A stretch of 64,000 nt of DNA from Proteromonas lacertae (lineage: Eukaryota): positions 248,001 through 312,000 of the forward strand of contig NGBS01001160.1 of the NCBI GenBank assembly GCA_002245135.1. The letters run 5' to 3'. The first letter of the stretch is position 1; each line of letters starts with the position of its first letter. Shown piece after piece: positions 58,668 to 64,000 of this stretch. The notes below the pieces were generated by a model. It was not told the DNA's origin and did not search any database. It saw only the letters and a program-made list of their open reading frames with translations. The position numbers and the translations under genes are program-made.

Positions 58668-60549
58668 TTATAATGTAAATGTAGATTCATCAAAAGATGA
58701 AGCAGTTGCATTCAATGAATCACCGCCTGTTATTTGTGATGATACTTGAATTTCTTTTAATATTTCACCTGCTTCTTCCTTTTCAGGTCCATCAGTACAT
58801 AGAAGCTTTTGACAGTAGTATTCAGCATTTTTAAAGTCTTGAACCTCTTGATAATACTTTACTAAAAACATAATTGCATCTAATAATTCTTGATTGTTAT
58901 TTATCTATTAAGCATTATTTATTATTTATAATAATTTTATTATATACAGAATCATCTTCACACCTATCAACATGGAGTTTATAATACTTAGCAGCTTTAT
59001 CATTATTTCCAGTTTTCTGATATAATATTGCCAATCGAATAGTTGATTTATTATCTGCATCTCTATTGCCTTCAGCTTTCTCATAGCATTTTATTGCTTC
59101 TGTATCATGACCTGTCTTTTCATAACAAGCAGCTAATCCATTCCATAATACGCTATCATATGGTCTATAATATAATAACAATATGATTATAATTTATACT
59201 TTACAAAACAAGCTTTTTTATAATAATAAATAGCAAATTGAAACATCTGTAACATTTCATATTGTAATCCTAAATTATACCAAGCTCTATAATCATTAGT
59301 TATTGCTCCTTTATGATAACACTGAATGGCTTCAGCTGTTTTATGTAATTCAACAAACTCATGTCCAAGTAAAATCCAAGGTAATAAATTCTTTGGATTT
59401 AGTCTTAACGCTCTTTTGAAATAGAATATAGCTTTCTCATGTTTGGTCTATTATCAAATAATTATAATTACATTTATACTTTAATTGCATAATAGTTTCC
59501 TAATATTAAACACGTTTCTGGAGAAAACTTCTCTACTTTTACTACTTCATGTGCTAATGTACTGAGTTTTGCTTTTTCTTCTCTAATAAACAAAACATCA
59601 GAGTAAGCTCCCAATCCATCTAATCTATATGGATCTTTGATTCTGATTTGTTCAAATTCTTCACAGCATTCTGTATATTCTATAAAAATAAAAATAGTAA
59701 ATGTAAATTTATATACGATGTAAGAAGTAATGAATAACAGCTTTTAATGATTTTACAAATGTAGTCTTCTGGAGGAATTCTGGTAATTCTGTATATTGAT
59801 CAAATGCTATATCATGCTATACAACAACAATAATAACTCATAATAATACTCTTTGAATATGACTGCAACTATAAATGACAAACAATTTCTTCATCCAATG
59901 ATCTTTCAGTGATAATTTCTCAATATCTTCTTCACATTCACATAAATTAGCTAAATCTAACCAAGCACTCCAATTACAAGGGAATTCATTCAATGATTCA
60001 CATAATATTTCTTTTGCTTTATCAGCTTCATGACACTCTCTGTAAAATATAGCCAAAAGATATTTTCCAAAACAATCTAACATACCTTGATTGTATAAAT
60101 GTTTAAATGTAAGTAATAGACGTTCTACTGAGACATTAACAACTGAACTACTTTCATCATCTCTTTCTATTTGTTCATTTGCTTTTTGTTTTTCACCACT
60201 TAAATAAAGCGAATATCCATATAGAAACAATGCAACATGATTGGATGTTACATCTTTAAATTCTGATAAAACATTTGAACATCTGAGAAACTCGCCATCA
60301 CGAAAATAGGATTTTGCTGTGCAAATTCTATGATTAATTGCTATTATTTAATAATTCGTATTATTATATGTAAAATACTTGGTTGAGCTATTTCTATTTG
60401 TTCATCTCCATCAGCTATATCTAAAAGCAACTCATTAACCCTAGTTTGTATTACAATAGATATCAGTACCATTTCAAGCTGTTATTCAATTCGTATAGTG
60501 ATAGACTGTGTATTGATTCAGTTAATTCCTTAATTACTGTGTTTTTCAT
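58668..60549 (-). CDS. CDC23: Anaphase-promoting complex subunit 8 (TPR repeats)
   Basis: LKWVNELL, AKSYFRDGEFLRC, FPCNWSAWLDL, DPYRLD, PETCLILGNYY, WILLGHEFVEL, DYRAWYNLG, RPYDSVLW. Confidence 0.92.
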
Positions 60550-60598
60550 TTTTTTAATTTTCAAATTAATACAGTTGTATTTAGTATTTTTGTGTATT

Positions 60599-62579
60599 AT
60601 GCTTACAAACGGTAAGAGCGATTCTGCTGCGCTTTATAATGTGTTGATGGGTACTATAAAGGATATAACTTCTTTTGTATCATATAAAACAGCTGTGGAG
60701 GACAACATTGATCTTTTAGAGGGTCTAGAAGCGTTTAGAAATACTCATGATGCTTTTGTAAAATTACGTTTATATATTTAAAGTAGAATATTGAGATGGA
60801 AATACAAAATCAGAAAAAGAAAAAAAGTAAAGTATATTTCATCGTGTCTAACCCAATTTTATAGAGTCCCAAACGAAAAGAAAGAAGTAGATCATTTTCT
60901 GTTAAAGCAAAAGATGAATCTACCTCCAAAACTTCAAAATCACAACACAAACGTTCTTCATCTATAACTGTTTCAAATATAAAAACTGCAATGTCAAATA
61001 AATCATCAAAAGCAAAGCAAAATAAACCAACTACTTCAATTCTTCATACAACATCTATTTTTCAACCACCTCCTTCCATCCTAAATTCTGGAACACCACG
61101 AATGAAAAAAGCGACATTACTTTGGTCTCCAGTACATTCAAGTGCAATAGAGCCACAATATCGTAACCCAATTCCTCCAATACATCCAAAGAATCAACAA
61201 ACAAAAGCTCCACCAACTAGACCATCCAGTTGTAGTCCAACACTTATAAATAATTGTAACACTACCACTTCTCCTTATTTACCATATAATAATCTGAATA
61301 ATAGTCCATCGCCTACTATTCCACCTCCTTTACATTACAGAGTTCCAAAACCAAAATCAATACAACAGCAAAGAAATGAACCAGTTTTAGGAAGAAAGTT
61401 GATTATACCTAATGATATAAATATGAGTAATATACCAACTATAGATAATAGTTATAATAATGCATCTACATCCACTTCTAGTTTGAGTTCTTATTCAATA
61501 CAAAATTCACCTGTTGAAATTGAAAGTAAACATTATAATAATAATAATAACAGTAATATATCAAGTAGTAAATCACTATTTGATGAATCTAATGATGAAA
61601 ATGGTAGAACAACTCCAATTATTTTTAATAATAAGAATTATTCCTCTTCTATTTCTTCTGTTGCTAATACTGCCACCACATCTTCTACAACGTTTATTGA
61701 AAATGAATTACCATCTAGTAGTAGATTTGTCTATAAAAGTAAAATACAAAGACCAAAAATCCCACATCTATTTAACAATGGAGTTGTTGTTGTTGTTAAG
61801 AATAGTGGTATTTCACCAATCACTAAAGCTCCAACATATGTAGAAAAGCCATTGATGGAATATAATAATGGTTATAATTATAACGAAGAGAATAACAATG
61901 TTAAATTATCTGAAAATAGTTCAAAACATTCATCATTTTATGATGATTCTGATGAATTGAATGATGATTTCACTCCACCTCCTTCTACTCCTCCATCTTC
62001 ATCACCTCCTCCAACTGTTATAACAACAACAAATGCTGCTACTACTACTACACCACCAATATTTGATGAAACAATAATGTATGAGAGAAAAGAAGAGATT
62101 GAAGTTTACGAAGAAAATAATAAAGATAGTAGAATATATTCAATATATTATCAAGATGATAATACTATTGTTATTCCACCTATAAATAATCCACCAGCTA
62201 CATTTTGTAGTAAAGATAGTTCATCTTCAGAGTCACATTATAAAAAACTAAAATCCTTGAAAATTCAATTTGATTGGCCTGATGGGCAAGTGCTGGATTA
62301 TTTAATTGATGTTGAATTGTCAAATCCAATAATGACAAGAAGGTTCAGACATAAACATCATAATACTCCTTCAATCACTGATAATAACACTTTTGTATAT
62401 CCAGATCCAACAAGAATGAAACAAGAGAAGAAAAATACGACAGAATATAGTTATTCATCAAATTATTTAAAGAAAGTAGATTATATACGAAAATTACAAG
62501 TATAGAAACATATTTTATAATTCTATAGGATAAAACTCGTGATAAAGAAATCCATGGCAATAAATCGAATATTTCTTAG
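60599..62579 (+). CDS. Hypothetical Ser/Pro/Thr/Asn-rich low-complexity protein
   Basis: 504-aa ORF plus upstream and downstream exons joined by GT-AG introns; no recognised domain. Confidence 0.6.
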
Positions 62580-62831
62580 CAAATGTAAAGTAATCAACTA
62601 TTTAGTGTCTGTTTTATTTATAATTATTTGTTTTTATTCATTCAGTCATTCAAAATAATAGATTAAAATCAATTTACGAGTTTAAGGCTTGAGGATTCAA
62701 ACGTCATTCATAAAAAAACGGCTTTTGATCTTTCACATCAATCGAAGTTTATATATATAGTTTTACAATTTTTTTCTGTTAAATTAAACCTTATACTCCC
62801 AATATCCTCAATTTTGCATCAATAAATACAA

Positions 62832-63495
62832 ATGTTTAAAAATCAATATCAATCTGGATTTTTATCAATCTTATATAGCATAGGGTATTGTTATTGTTAT
62901 TAGTATATTCCATAGGAGCAAACCACTTCAAATTTGGGACAAACAAGTTAGAAATGGACATATAAAAAGAATAACTGATCAAGATATTAACTCCAGTGTT
63001 CTAGAAATATGCGGTACTAATGTTAGTACTTGTTTTATTACATGCCCTGCCAATCCAAACAAAACTTTAGGAATTAAACTACCTTTCCTTGTAATGATCA
63101 TTAAGAATGTATTTATTTATCGTTTAATTTATGTTTTTACATAGATGAAAAAATACTTTACTTTTGAAGTTCAAGTTTTGGATGATAAAAACGTAAGAAG
63201 AAGATTCAGAGCCTCAAATTACCAATCGACCACACGTGTCAAACCATTTATATGCACAATGCCAATGAGATTGGATGATGGATGGAATCAAATTCAATTT
63301 AATCTTTCTGATTTCACCCGTAGAGCTTATGGTACAAATTATATTGAAACATTGCGTGTACAAATCCATGCCAACTGCAGAATACGAAGAATTTACTTCT
63401 CTGATCGTCTTTATTCAGAGGAAGAATTACCAAATGAATTCAAATTATTTACTGCTGTAAAGAAACCTGATGATGCAACTGGAACAATGTCATAA
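62832..63495 (+). CDS. CFAP20: Cilia- and flagella-associated protein 20 (BUG22)
   Basis: [81 protein letters not shown]; two introns. Confidence 0.97.
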
Positions 63496-63643
63496 ACAAT
63501 ATAATATTAACACATACTATATTATTTTTTTAAATTTTGTATTAAACAAAACAAACAACAAATTCATATAGTATTTTGAAATTATTAGGTAATAATATGA
63601 GATAGTTTCGATGAAGCAATTAAGATTATAGAATAAGGGTGAT

Positions 63644-64000
63644 TTATATATCACTTTCATCATCTTCTACTTCTACTTCTTCCTCTTCTCCTTCACCTTC
63701 CTCAACTTCAACCTCTTCAACTTCAACTTCCTCACTTCAACTTCTTCCTCTTCTTCTTCTTCCTTCTTCTTCTTCTTCTTCTTCTTCACCTTCCTCAACT
63801 TCTACTTCCTCTTCTTCTTCTTCTTCTTCCTCACCTTCTTCTACTTCAACTTCCTCATATTCCTCTTCTTCACCTTCTTCACCTTCGCCTTCTTCCTTTT
63901 GTTGAATTGGTTGACGTTGTCCATCTTCTACACTATATTCAACATTAGGTTCATTATCATAACTAGTGACTTGAGTTGATTGTTTGCTCTTATTATTCCA
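63644..64000 (-). CDS. 3' end of a gene with a very Glu-rich acidic tail (truncated by window edge)
   Basis: Minus strand is GAA-rich and reads ...QPIQQKEEGEGEE...EVEVEDDESDI* (TAA 63644-63646); the frame within the repeat is uncertain. Confidence 0.6.

Noticed and set aside
63639..63905. Ser-rich plus-strand ORF
   Set aside because: Antisense shadow of the Glu-rich minus-strand coding tail.

Overview
AT-rich, very gene-dense eukaryotic (protist) DNA with about 25 protein-coding genes. Most are split by tiny (about 27-45 nt) GT-AG introns, so the supplied ORF track is fragmented. Tiny introns, U12-type introns and GU-rich elements after stop codons suggest a Blastocystis-like or related stramenopile (inference only). 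Housekeeping genes: NEK1-like kinase, SMC5/6-like, CCT7, DPH6, thioredoxin reductase, STE24, GCP4, SRP14, TPR/Mlp-like, histone H3, APC8/CDC23 and CFAP20. The highlight is a set of unusual class C (GABA-B-like) receptor genes. (i) An ~11.9 kb gene (30362-42226) encodes a signal peptide, about nine tandem Venus-flytrap modules resembling the bacterial urea-binding protein UrtA, and a 7TM domain. (ii) A divergent relative runs off the left edge. (iii) An intronless 7TM receptor carries an EGF/propeller/filamin-repeat ectodomain. Hidden signals read directly from the sequence: a Cys-Sec-Gly selenoprotein C-terminus with a type II SECIS in the TrxR 3' UTR, one AT-AC and two candidate AT-AA minor-spliceosome introns, and a legume-lectin domain inserted in GCP4. 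Several single-base frameshifts, mostly in homopolymers, look like assembly errors. All family calls come from motif recognition by eye, not database searches. Gene spans include introns.
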